Origin: an uncultured Rikenellaceae bacterium
Lineage (GTDB): Bacteria > Bacteroidota > Bacteroidia > Bacteroidales > VadinHA17
DNA length: 64,000 nucleotides
Assembly: GCA_964419775.1 (NCBI GenBank)
Contig: CAYQRF010000001.1
Coordinates: forward strand, 3,985 to 67,984
Direction of reading: 5' to 3'
In this document: in pieces, positions 37,504 through 47,277 of the stretch
Layout of the letters: every line of letters starts with the position of its first letter
Numbering within the stretch: the first letter of the stretch is position 1
The notes under the pieces: generated by a model
The model's database searches: none
Told to the model about the DNA's origin: nothing
The model's input: only the letters and a program-made list of their open reading frames with translations
Translations under genes and position numbers: made by a program

Positions 37504-40335
37504 ATGAAGAAAAGAATTCTGTTTTTACTGCTCCTTTTATCACAGGTACTTCCTGCGCAGCAGATAGCATGGCCTGAGATTACAAGTGAGACCAGGCCAT
37601 GGAGCCGCTGGTGGTGGCCGGGAAGCATCGTCACAAAAAGCGACCTCACTGCCGCGATGGAAAAATACCGCAATGCCGGTCTGGGTGGCATGGAGATCGC
37701 TGTCATCTACGGTGTTAAAGGGCAGGAGGACAAGTTCATCAATTACCTGTCGCCCCGATGGATGGATATGTTCACCCACGTTCTGTCAGAGGGGGAACGC
37801 CTTGACCTTGGTATAGAACTCGCAAACGCATCGGGATGGCCTTTCGGAGGACCGTGGGTCAGTCCGGCCGATGCCTGCAAGAATGTAAACTACAAGACCT
37901 GGACCATCTCCGGAGGCGATTCACTTACGGAAAAGGTCGAATTCATCCAGCAGCCTCTTGTAAGGCCTGTGGGTGAAAGGCCCGACATAAAGAAGCTGAA
38001 GGATCCGATCAGCCTGAACGACAATCTCCAGCTGTATGCCCTCGACCAGATCAGGTTTGAAAAACCCATTCCGCTAAAGACCCTGATGGCTTATTCCGAC
38101 AGCGGCATTGTAGCAGATCTGACAGGATATGTCACCCCAGATGGAAAACTCGACTGGACAGCCCCTCCGGGCAAGTGGACGCTTTACGGCGTATTCCAGG
38201 GATGGCACGGGAAGATGGCTGAGCGTGCAGGACCGGGCGGCGAAGGAGATGTTATTGATCATTTCTCGGGTCTGGCCATTGACAATTACCTGAAGCATTT
38301 CGATACCATATTCAAGGATTATGACATCAAGACGCTCCGGGGCTATTTCAATGACTCATATGAAGTTGATGACGCCTCAGGTCAGGCCGACTGGACGAAC
38401 GATCTCTTCAGCGAATTCATACTCAGGAGAGGATACGATCTGAGGGGCCACCTTCCGGCTCTTTTTCAGAAAGATGAACCTGAGAAAAACGAAAGAGTCC
38501 TCTCCGATTACCGTCAGACCATCTCCGATCTGATCCTCGCTAAATTCACCACCCACTGGACTGAATGGGCTCACAGGCAGGGCAAGACAACAAGGAACCA
38601 GGCCCATGGATCGCCGGGCAACATACTCGATCTATACGCAGCAGTCGACATACCTGAAACAGAAGGCAACGAACTGACCAGACTAAAATTCGCCTCTTCA
38701 GCCGCAAATGTTACAGGGAAGAAATTTGCATCCTGTGAAGCGGCTACCTGGCTGAATGAACATTTCCTCTCATCGCTGGGCGATATCAGAAAAGCCGTCG
38801 ACCTATTCTTCCTTGCCGGGATAAACCATGTATTTTACCATGGAACCTGCTTTTCACCCCAGGATGAACCCTGGCCCGGGTTCCTCTTCTATGCAGCCGT
38901 CGAGCTGACGCCTGCCAATCCCCTCTGGCGCGATTTCAGCGGACTCAACAATTATGTTTCAAGAGTGCAGTCGTTCCTGCAGCAGGGAATGGCCGACAAC
39001 GACATATTGCTTTACTTTCCGATCTTCGACAGATACGCCGATCCCGGAAGAGGAATGCTCGAGCACTTTGATGCCATAAGTCCGGCCTTCAACGGAACAC
39101 CCTTCAGGACGGCCGCCGATGAAATGATAATGAAAGGATACGGATTCGACTACATCTCCGACCTTCAGCTTACAAACACAGTGCCGCTCGGGGGACTTCT
39201 CCAGACCGAAGGAAATGTTTACGGAACCATAGTAGTGCCCGGATGTAAATACATACCGGTCGAAACATTCACTCATATCCTGAGGCTTGCCAACGAAGGA
39301 TCAGAGGTGATATTCCTCGGCGGCCTCCCTGAGAACATATCCGGATGGGGAGACGCACAGGAAAAAACCGGATTTTTTGAAACGCTCAAGTCAGGGATCC
39401 GTTTTGAACCGACAAACAATCCGCAGGTGATGAATGCAAGCTACGGTGAAGGATCACTGCTGACCGGAAGCAACCTTGAGCAGCTCCTGAACTTTGCAGG
39501 AATACCGAGAGAAAACATGACCGATCATGGACTTGCCTTTGCCAGGCGGCAGAACCTGAATGGAACGGTTTACTTCATTACCAGTCAGAGCGACAAGCCA
39601 TTTGACGGCTGGGTTTCTCTTCAGGCAAGCGGTGCATCAGCAGCCATTTTCAATCCAGTGGACGACAGGCTCGGACTTGCAATGACCAGGGTAACGTCAG
39701 GCGGCAATCTGGAAGTGTATCTTAGGATGAATCCGGATGAGTCACTGATTATTCAGACCTACGAAACCGTACAAAAGGGCAAACCCTACCTGTATTATGA
39801 TCCCGTCTCCGCTCCCTCCCCTGTAAAAGGCACCTGGAAAGTTGAATTCATCGAAGGCGGCCCGTCGCTGCCTGGGCCAGTGGAAAACGCAGGTCCGGTT
39901 GCCTGGACAAGTCTTGAAGGCGAAGAATACCGGAACTTCTCAGGCACTTCACGGTATACGGTTAATTTCAGAAAACCTCCGGTAAAAGGAGATGCATGGC
40001 TCCTTGATCTGGGGAAAGTTTACCACAGCGCCAGTGTTACGCTCAACGGGAAAAAGGTTGCGGTCCTTCCCGGTCCGGGTTTCTCAGTTATCATTGGCAA
40101 AAAATTGTTAAAAGCGAATAATTCTCTTTTGATAGAGGTTTCAAACCTGATGGCTAACAGGATTGCATGGATGGACAGAAACGGTGTCCCGTGGAAAAAA
40201 TTCTATAATGTCAATATGGCCGCAAGGCTGAGAGAGAATAACAAGAATGGTGTGTTTGACGCCTCAGCATGGGAACCGCTTGAATCAGGACTGCCCGGAC
40301 CGGTCACTATCACACCACTGAAGAAAGTCAGATAA
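37504..40335 (+). CDS. large secreted glycoside hydrolase, GH106-like (alpha-L-rhamnosidase-like)
   Basis: 943 aa with a signal peptide. N-terminal RPWSRWWWPGSIVTKSDLTAAMEKYRNAGLGGMEI recalls GH106. Family assignment is uncertain. Confidence 0.45.
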   Translation: MKKRILFLLLLLSQVLPAQQIAWPEITSETRPWSRWWWPGSIVTKSDLTAAMEKYRNAGLGGMEIAVIYGVKGQEDKFINYLSPRWMDMFTHVLSEGERLDLGIELANASGWPFGGPWVSPADACKNVNYKTWTISGGDSLTEKVEFIQQPLVRPVGERPDIKKLKDPISLNDNLQLYALDQIRFEKPIPLKTLMAYSDSGIVADLTGYVTPDGKLDWTAPPGKWTLYGVFQGWHGKMAERAGPGGEGDVIDHFSGLAIDNYLKHFDTIFKDYDIKTLRGYFNDSYEVDDASGQADWTNDLFSEFILRRGYDLRGHLPALFQKDEPEKNERVLSDYRQTISDLILAKFTTHWTEWAHRQGKTTRNQAHGSPGNILDLYAAVDIPETEGNELTRLKFASSAANVTGKKFASCEAATWLNEHFLSSLGDIRKAVDLFFLAGINHVFYHGTCFSPQDEPWPGFLFYAAVELTPANPLWRDFSGLNNYVSRVQSFLQQGMADNDILLYFPIFDRYADPGRGMLEHFDAISPAFNGTPFRTAADEMIMKGYGFDYISDLQLTNTVPLGGLLQTEGNVYGTIVVPGCKYIPVETFTHILRLANEGSEVIFLGGLPENISGWGDAQEKTGFFETLKSGIRFEPTNNPQVMNASYGEGSLLTGSNLEQLLNFAGIPRENMTDHGLAFARRQNLNGTVYFITSQSDKPFDGWVSLQASGASAAIFNPVDDRLGLAMTRVTSGGNLEVYLRMNPDESLIIQTYETVQKGKPYLYYDPVSAPSPVKGTWKVEFIEGGPSLPGPVENAGPVAWTSLEGEEYRNFSGTSRYTVNFRKPPVKGDAWLLDLGKVYHSASVTLNGKKVAVLPGPGFSVIIGKKLLKANNSLLIEVSNLMANRIAWMDRNGVPWKKFYNVNMAARLRENNKNGVFDASAWEPLESGLPGPVTITPLKKVR

Positions 40336-40365
40336 TTAGCGATAATATACTTATAATCAACCCTT

Positions 40366-41535
40366 ATGAAGCCAAACAAAATAAACCGGAGGGTATTCCT
40401 CAGGAATACTGCCGCAGCGGCAGCCGGACTTGCATTAGCCGGCTCAGCAACATGCACCGGTTCTTCCGAAAGTCAGGCAGTAAAGAACAAGCTTCCGCGC
40501 TGGAAGGGTTTCAATCTCCTTGATCTCTTCTCCCCCACTCCGCCTCAGAATCCCCTTTCAAACAGAACCACGGAAGAGGATCTTAAATGGATGGAAGACT
40601 GGGGCTTTGATTTTGTTAGAATCCCGATGGCGTATCCGCGGTATCTGTCGTTCGACAGAACAAGGGATATAAACAAGGATGAGATCCTCAACTTTGACCA
40701 GAAGGTACTGGAGGAGATCGACAACCTGATCTTCATGGCAAACAAACACAACCTGCATGTGAGCCTCAACCTCCACAGGGGACCGGGTTATTGCATCAAT
40801 GCAGGATTTCATGAGCCTTTCAACCTGTGGAAGGACAAGGAAGCCCAGGATGCCTTCTATGCTCACTGGAGCATGTGGGCTGAAAGGTATAAGGACATCT
40901 CACATGAGAAACTGAGCTTCGACCTGCTGAATGAGCCGGCCTACATCGAGGATATGAATGACCAGTTCGCGCAGAAGGGGCCTGTTCCGGGAGATATTTA
41001 CCGTAAGGTGGCTGTCGGCGCCTCGGACGGGATCTGTAAATACAACGACAAACGCATGATTGTGGCCGACGGCAACAGCGGCGGGAGCAATGTAATACCC
41101 GAGCTGGCTGATCTGAATATTGCCCAGAGCTGCAGGGCCTACTATCCTCATTATGTATCACATTACCAGGCATCATGGGTATGGAAAAATCCTGCTGATG
41201 CTCCCATGCCGGTATGGCCGGGTGTTATTGACGGGAAACAGTTCGGCCGGGCCCAGCTTGAGGAGTTCTACAAGCCATGGCTCGAACTGGTCGGCAAGGG
41301 TGTGGGTGTTCACTGCGGCGAGGGCGGATGTTACAATAAAACTCCTCACGATGTATTCCTGGCGTGGTTCGGCGACATTCTCGACATACTTACGCCGCAC
41401 AACATTGGCTATGCTCTCTGGAATTTCAGGGGCGACTTCGGGATACTTGACTCACGAAGGACCGATATTGACTACACCGACTGGTATGGTCACAAGCTCG
41501 ACGGGAAACTACTCGAACTGCTTAAGAAATATTAG
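40366..41535 (+). CDS. glycoside hydrolase family 5 with twin-arginine signal
   Basis: INRRVFLRNTAAAAAGLALAG TAT motif, LLNEP acid/base motif and VHCGEGG nucleophile region. Confidence 0.7.
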   Translation: MKPNKINRRVFLRNTAAAAAGLALAGSATCTGSSESQAVKNKLPRWKGFNLLDLFSPTPPQNPLSNRTTEEDLKWMEDWGFDFVRIPMAYPRYLSFDRTRDINKDEILNFDQKVLEEIDNLIFMANKHNLHVSLNLHRGPGYCINAGFHEPFNLWKDKEAQDAFYAHWSMWAERYKDISHEKLSFDLLNEPAYIEDMNDQFAQKGPVPGDIYRKVAVGASDGICKYNDKRMIVADGNSGGSNVIPELADLNIAQSCRAYYPHYVSHYQASWVWKNPADAPMPVWPGVIDGKQFGRAQLEEFYKPWLELVGKGVGVHCGEGGCYNKTPHDVFLAWFGDILDILTPHNIGYALWNFRGDFGILDSRRTDIDYTDWYGHKLDGKLLELLKKY

Positions 41536-41541
41536 AAAAAA

Positions 41542-41613
41542 GCATTAAGGCATTAAGGCGTTAAGGCATTAAGGTGTTAAGGCGTCAAGGAGATCAGGGC
41601 TAAAGGCGGATCA
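41542..41613 (+). repeat. about 9 degenerate tandem octamers GCATTAAG between convergent genes
   Basis: gcattaag gcattaag gcgttaag gcattaag gtgttaag gcgtcaag gagatcag ggctaaag gcggatca. Confidence 0.9.
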
Positions 41614-41622
41614 GCCAGTTAA

Positions 41623-42894
41623 TCAATCATCAAGGGCCTGGTAAACCATTGCCTTGAACTTGTTCTGGATTTCACCTCGACTGAGAGGAGACTGCTGCAT
41701 GAAGAGCAGGCAGACCAGCCTTTCTTCAGGATCGGCCCAGTAAGTGGTACCGAAATAGCCTCCCCATGCAAACGATCCTTCTGATATTCCAAGCACAGCC
41801 TGACCATCTTCGGTTGTTATCTGGAATCCAAGGCCAAACTTGTCTTTCCCGACATTCAGGTCTCCGATCTGATTCGATGTTATAAGTTCCACAGTGCGGC
41901 TTGCAAGCAGCCGTTTACCGTTATACTCGCCCATGTTCAGAAGCATCTGGAGGAAGGTGGCATAGTCCTTTGTTGTTGAGCTAAGTCCTGCTCCGCCAGA
42001 GAAATAGGTCCCTTTCCTGAGAGGGTAATCTACATATTCCTGAGGCATGGGTATTACGTTCCTGTTCGCATCTTCAGTATTTACCCTTACAAGCCGGGAA
42101 TGCTTGTCTTCAGGCAGGCAGAACCATGTGTCCTCCATCCCGAGCGGATCAAAAATCCTGGATTTCAGGTACTGGTCAAGTTTCTGCCCGGAAAGGATCT
42201 CAGTCAGATAGCCGATAACATCCACATTCAGTCCATAGGTGAATTTCTCACCTGGCTGATGCACCAGAGGCTGTTTCCCGAGTATCCTGATGTCTTCTCC
42301 GATAGTTATCCTGTCGTTTCCAAAGCCGCCCATAATGCCGGCTTTTGTATACACGGCACTCATCATCGGCGAACCGATGCCTGCATAATCAATCCCGGAG
42401 GTGTGGGTGAACAGATCCCTGATGGTTATTTCCCGTTTTGCCGGAACGGTAGTGAATGTTGTATCGGCAGGATTGTATTTTTCGATGACCTGCGGATTGG
42501 TAAATTCGGGTATGTATTTTGAGACAGGATCGTCGAGAAGAAATTTTCCCTCTTCAAACAGCATCATAAGTCCTATGCTTACAATTGCCTTTGTCTGCGA
42601 AGCTATCCGGAAAATGGCATCGGGCTGCATGGGTGTCCTGTTCTCAATGTCGCTGACGCCGAATGCCCGGTTGTAGATAATTTTACCATCACGTGCTATC
42701 AATCCCGTTGCGCCTGCGATCCATTTATCTTCAATGCTCTGGATTATCATTGAATCGATCCTGTTTAGTCGCTCGGCCGATACCTGAACAGAAGCGGGTG
42801 TTCCCACAGTTAATTCCTGAATATCCTTCTTCTCTGAACACGAAAAGATCAGGAACATGGCCGGAATAATCTGGAGCAAAAGTACTTTCTTCAT
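41623..42894 (-). CDS. beta-lactamase-fold serine hydrolase
   Basis: SxxK motif (ASQTKA) in a class-C/PBP4*-like context, plus a lipoprotein-type signal. Confidence 0.7.
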   Translation of the reverse strand: MKKVLLLQIIPAMFLIFSCSEKKDIQELTVGTPASVQVSAERLNRIDSMIIQSIEDKWIAGATGLIARDGKIIYNRAFGVSDIENRTPMQPDAIFRIASQTKAIVSIGLMMLFEEGKFLLDDPVSKYIPEFTNPQVIEKYNPADTTFTTVPAKREITIRDLFTHTSGIDYAGIGSPMMSAVYTKAGIMGGFGNDRITIGEDIRILGKQPLVHQPGEKFTYGLNVDVIGYLTEILSGQKLDQYLKSRIFDPLGMEDTWFCLPEDKHSRLVRVNTEDANRNVIPMPQEYVDYPLRKGTYFSGGAGLSSTTKDYATFLQMLLNMGEYNGKRLLASRTVELITSNQIGDLNVGKDKFGLGFQITTEDGQAVLGISEGSFAWGGYFGTTYWADPEERLVCLLFMQQSPLSRGEIQNKFKAMVYQALDD

Positions 42895-42961
42895 AATATT
42901 AGTGGTTAGGTGTTTTTAAATGCAGAAATTCGGAGCAGTCAGACAAATACCTTCAGGAGGA

Positions 42962-44086
42962 TCACTTAAGCTTGTACATTTCTGATCCGGCCAGGAGGAA
43001 ACATCCGAGTCCGAAATCTTCGAAATTCGGCATGGTATCATATCCCACAGGCTGACTGTCGGAAGGTTGTTTGCCGGTTCCCTGAACATACCCGAGGAAA
43101 CCATTGGGATGAAGCGATTCATTCACCATGGCCGACCATGCCTTTTCAATAACCGGAAGGTACTTCCTTTCACTTATGATACCCCTGTTGATGCACCATG
43201 CCATGGCGTAGGTGAACATGGCAGTGCCGGAGAGCTCTTTTCCCCCGAAATTGGATGGATCATGCAGGCTTACATTCCAGTATCCGTCAGTCCTCTGTAC
43301 CTTCCTGAGCGCTTTGAACATCTGCTTCAGGGTTTTTATATATTCCTTACGGTAGGGCGAATCGTCAGGCAGGAATTCCAGTGTTCGGACGAGAGCTGCG
43401 ACAACCCAGCCGTTACCTCTCGACCAGTAGCATCCGCTTCCGTTGGGTTCCGTGTAGGGCGGATCGAAATCCTTGTCCCTCCACCAGAGATGGTCTTTTG
43501 TACTGTAGAGTCCGTTGTCGCCGTGTCTGAGTTTTGTAAACATGTACATCTCATGAGCCCGGTCGAAATATCTGTTGTCTTTGTAAATATGTCCCAGCCG
43601 GGCAAACACCGGCATCGACATATGGATCGCGTCTATCCAGCTCCAGTCATCAATTTTGTCGGTTGCAATCATGTTGTCAATACATGCCTTTATATCCCTG
43701 ATTCTCTCTGTTTTTGAGGGATCCATAAGGTAAAGGTCAATATAGGTCTGTCCGCAGCATTGGTCATCGCCGTTTCGTGTGGTGATACCGTTCCTGAGGC
43801 CCCAGTTGTGAAACTCGCCCCATCGTACGGCATAGCTGAGGTATTCAGGATCGGGATTGAGCGAGTGAAGAGCCATCAGGCCCTCGTAGTAGGTGCCCCG
43901 TGTCCAGATATTGCTCGGGCGTTCCCGTTCGGTTATTATCGTTTTTCCAACATCGGGCCATTTCTCCATGAAGTATTTGTTTGCGAGGACCATGGCAGCC
44001 ATAGTGCGCTCTTTTGTGACTGTCTGGCCTGGCAGCCATGTAAAAACGAAAAAGGGAATGACAAGAAGGAGGACAAATCTTTTCAT
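42962..44086 (-). CDS. GH88-family unsaturated glucuronyl hydrolase
   Basis: 374 aa with a signal peptide. WSRGNGWVVAALVRTLEFLP and family-typical aromatic-rich pattern. Confidence 0.65.
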   Translation of the reverse strand: MKRFVLLLVIPFFVFTWLPGQTVTKERTMAAMVLANKYFMEKWPDVGKTIITERERPSNIWTRGTYYEGLMALHSLNPDPEYLSYAVRWGEFHNWGLRNGITTRNGDDQCCGQTYIDLYLMDPSKTERIRDIKACIDNMIATDKIDDWSWIDAIHMSMPVFARLGHIYKDNRYFDRAHEMYMFTKLRHGDNGLYSTKDHLWWRDKDFDPPYTEPNGSGCYWSRGNGWVVAALVRTLEFLPDDSPYRKEYIKTLKQMFKALRKVQRTDGYWNVSLHDPSNFGGKELSGTAMFTYAMAWCINRGIISERKYLPVIEKAWSAMVNESLHPNGFLGYVQGTGKQPSDSQPVGYDTMPNFEDFGLGCFLLAGSEMYKLK

Positions 44087-44112
44087 TAAAGTATTTTTTT
44101 GGATGTGAAAGT

Positions 44113-44907
44113 TTACTTTTTTGCTTTCCCAAGCAGAAATCCTGTAAGGTTTTCCGCTGCTTTCCTGTTTTCAAAGCCTGACGGAAGCCTGTCGTGATCG
44201 ATGTATTCATTATAGATCCATGGGTCGCCGATGGCAAACACATAGCCCTTTCCGTAAGAAGTCTCCGCAATAAGAACCTTCCCGTTCTCCGTAAGCAGAG
44301 GTCTGGCCTTACGTGACAAACTGATGTCGGATACCTCCTTGATATAAATTTTTGACACTCCCTTAAACACAGGATGGTCCTCAAAAGCAGTACTGGCTCC
44401 CATCTCAAAATCGGTTCCGGGAACAGGGTGAAGCGAGACATGGTTAAAATGCATCCCGAAGTTGTTCATCAGGCTGTTCAGGTGGGTAAATTCACAATTG
44501 GGGGCATCATTGGCAAGAACTGCAAGCACTCCTCCTTTTTTGACCCATTTTTTTATCACTTTTATATCGTCGGACATTATGTAATTTGGAGCCGGTGACT
44601 CGGTCGTGGTATCGGGATCGACAATTATGTAGACATCAATGTTTTTCAGAACCGGGGGAAGAGGTTTCTCAATTGTTGTGATCTTTGCTCCCATTGAGGT
44701 GAATATCTCCCCCCATCTCGAATAACCGCTCCATTCGGTGTCGGTCCACAGGTAATGAAATGGCTGTCCCGTTTTTGCATTTGTCTCGCGGTTGAACCAG
44801 TTGTCGAGTCCGGCAACAGGCTGAGCAATGGAATTCCCGCTAAATAAGCCTGTTAGAAAAAATGATATAAGTAAAAATCGATAAAAGGAATACCTCGGCT
44901 GTTTCAT
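44113..44907 (-). CDS. secreted hypothetical protein (DUF4350 / GATase1-like fold?)
   Basis: Signal peptide. VYIIVDPD...KGGVLAVLAND resembles DUF4350-type proteins. Weak recall. Confidence 0.3.
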   Translation of the reverse strand: MKQPRYSFYRFLLISFFLTGLFSGNSIAQPVAGLDNWFNRETNAKTGQPFHYLWTDTEWSGYSRWGEIFTSMGAKITTIEKPLPPVLKNIDVYIIVDPDTTTESPAPNYIMSDDIKVIKKWVKKGGVLAVLANDAPNCEFTHLNSLMNNFGMHFNHVSLHPVPGTDFEMGASTAFEDHPVFKGVSKIYIKEVSDISLSRKARPLLTENGKVLIAETSYGKGYVFAIGDPWIYNEYIDHDRLPSGFENRKAAENLTGFLLGKAKK

Positions 44908-45059
44908 ATCCGTAAGTGTTTGTCATAAATTAGTGTCAATAGGATCCGACAAAGTAAAGTCTGTCCAAATTAAAAAAAATCGAACAAAGAAAGAGCGGAT
45001 AATAATAAAATTGACTCTCTTTATTAATATTCGTAACTTCATGATGAAAAATAACTGCC

Positions 45060-47036
45060 ATGACCGGGCCCCTTTCGAGTGATCAGGCATTTATCGACAA
45101 GCTTACCAGTATAGTAATAGCCAATCTGGCTAAAGAAAACTTTGGCGTGGAAGATCTGTCAAAGCTGGCTGGGATGAGCCATGCTACAATTCATCGTAAG
45201 ATAAAATCCATAAGAAATCAGAATATAAGCAAATTCATAAGGGAGATCAGGCTGCAAAAATCAATGGAAATGCTGCAGCGGGAAGGGGGTACCATTGCCG
45301 AAGTTGCTTTCAGGTCAGGTTTCGGGAGTCCCACATATTTCATTAAATGTTTCCATGAACACTATGGCTTTTCCCCGGGAGAAGTCAGAAAAAGGAAATT
45401 CACGGAATCTCCGGACAGTCATGCTGTTGATCAGACTTATAAGCCCGCTGATAATAAAAAAAAGACATCAGTACCAAACCTGAAATCATTAACAAAGAAT
45501 ACCCGAACCAGGAACATCCTTATTGCTACATCCGGAATTTTGTCAATAATACTGGTTGTTATTTTTATAAATATTCTTCCGCAATCCCCTGAAAAATCAA
45601 TCGTCGTGCTGCCGTTCAGGAATCTCAGCAATGAACCTGAAAACCAATACTTTGCTGACGGGATACAGGAAGGTATTCTAAACCATTTGTTCAGGATCGG
45701 TGAAATGAGGGTTATTTCACGGACTTCTGCCGAATACTTCCGCGATAACCCAATGACTTCACCTGAAATCGGAAAAAAACTTAATGTTTTTTATGTTCTT
45801 GAAGGAAGTGTCCAGAGGTATGAACAGAAAGTCAGGATATTTGTACAGTTGATAAATGCCAGGCATGATCAGCATATATTTTCTGAAGAGTATGAGGGTG
45901 AATTAACGAATCTATTTGCTTATCAGAGCGATATAGCGAAAAGAGTTGCAGATGAACTTAATACGGCAATTACCGGGGAAGCCAAACGACAGATAGAAAA
46001 AATACCTACCGTTAATTCTGAAGCTTATGACTACTACCTTAAAGGCAGGTTTTTGCTTCATAAAGCCAATGATCAGCAGCGTTACGATGTCAGTAAGGAA
46101 GGGCTGATGGCCAGCCTGGAGTATTATGAGAAAGCGATTGCTGCAGACAGTAATTTTGTTGAAGCATACGCAGGTCTGGCAAATGCCTGGTATAATCTTT
46201 CCGCATGGGGCTGGTACCAGCCCTACATCGAAGGAGTGAAAAAGGCACATTATTTCTGTAACAGGGCTCTTGAAATCGATCCGGATTGTGCTGAAGCTCA
46301 TGCTGTCTTAGGTGTTTATCACATTTATCCTGAATTAAGGATCGAAGAGGGACGCAGGGAATTGAAAACCGCGCTGAAACTGAATCCAAATTTTTCAACG
46401 GCACATCAATGGTATGCACAACTGCTGATGATAACCGGACCAATTGAAGAAGCCCGTGAACATATCGACCGTGCCCTGGAGCTGGAGCCATATTTCTGGG
46501 TTATTCACAATCTCAATTCCTGGATATATTACTTTGAAGAAAAATACCAGGAAGGCATAGATGCCTGTTTAGCGGCGTCGGACCTTAATCCGGATTTCCT
46601 GACAAACAACTGGTTATTAGTTCTCCATTATGCCAAACTGGGTGAAGGTGAAAAAGCAGTGAAGGCGCTTCAGCAGCTTTTCAACCGGTATCCTTCCATC
46701 AGCCATTATGCTGCGGAGGTAAACGATGCCTTTACAGAATCGGGCATTGAAGGAATTTTCACATGGCTGATCGAACTGAATAAAAATAATCCCATTCCCA
46801 TCGAAGGTCTGAACGGACATCCCTTTTATATTTCATGGTGGTACGCTAATACAGGCAACCGTGAGGAATCAATCTACTGGCTCGAAAGGACAGTGGAAGA
46901 AAAAAATATACCCCGCCATTATTTCAATCTTATTGCCACTAATCCCGATTTCGATATCCTGCGGGATGACCCGCGCTTCCTTGCCATTATTGAAAAAGAA
47001 GGCTTCACTCCGTATCATAAAAGAAAAGCAAGATAA
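45060..47036 (+). CDS. membrane-anchored AraC-family HTH regulator with TolB-N-like and TPR sensor region
   Basis: AraC HTH (IAEVAFRSGFGSPTYFIKCFHEHYGFSPGEVRK), one TM segment (ILIATSGILSIILVVIFINIL), VLPFRNLSNEPENQYFADGIQEGI, then TPR-like repeats. Confidence 0.7.
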   Translation: MTGPLSSDQAFIDKLTSIVIANLAKENFGVEDLSKLAGMSHATIHRKIKSIRNQNISKFIREIRLQKSMEMLQREGGTIAEVAFRSGFGSPTYFIKCFHEHYGFSPGEVRKRKFTESPDSHAVDQTYKPADNKKKTSVPNLKSLTKNTRTRNILIATSGILSIILVVIFINILPQSPEKSIVVLPFRNLSNEPENQYFADGIQEGILNHLFRIGEMRVISRTSAEYFRDNPMTSPEIGKKLNVFYVLEGSVQRYEQKVRIFVQLINARHDQHIFSEEYEGELTNLFAYQSDIAKRVADELNTAITGEAKRQIEKIPTVNSEAYDYYLKGRFLLHKANDQQRYDVSKEGLMASLEYYEKAIAADSNFVEAYAGLANAWYNLSAWGWYQPYIEGVKKAHYFCNRALEIDPDCAEAHAVLGVYHIYPELRIEEGRRELKTALKLNPNFSTAHQWYAQLLMITGPIEEAREHIDRALELEPYFWVIHNLNSWIYYFEEKYQEGIDACLAASDLNPDFLTNNWLLVLHYAKLGEGEKAVKALQQLFNRYPSISHYAAEVNDAFTESGIEGIFTWLIELNKNNPIPIEGLNGHPFYISWWYANTGNREESIYWLERTVEEKNIPRHYFNLIATNPDFDILRDDPRFLAIIEKEGFTPYHKRKAR

Positions 47037-47096
47037 AACTTATTGATGTTCCAAGTCGCTTCGCTGCCGGGGATTTCTGATGACAGGTACTAATAA

Positions 47097-47150
47097 TGTC
47101 GTGCTGCCGTGCTGTCGTGCAGTAGTGAGGTCTTCAGTCTTCGTTCTCCC
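47097..47150 (+). repeat. short-period arrays (TGYCGTGC x3, then GTCTTCN-type units)
   Basis: tgtcgtgc tgccgtgc tgtcgtgc agtagtga g gtcttca gtcttcg ttctccc. Confidence 0.75.
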
Positions 47151-47248
47151 TGCAACATAATTTAAGCTTTTGACCTAATATTTAAGCTATTTGAAACATA
47201 GTTGCTATACACTGCTTCCTATTTGGACCGAACTTTATATCAGTAAGC
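47150..47248 (+). promoter_or_regulatory. conserved 99-bp leader, copy A (paralogue of 49274-49372)
   Basis: 88 of 99 identical and gap-free with copy B. Contains TTTG (47169-47172) and a small palindrome ATAG-TTG-CTAT. Confidence 0.7.
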
Positions 47249-47277
47249 TTCAGACATAATTAGCTAAACTTAAATAT

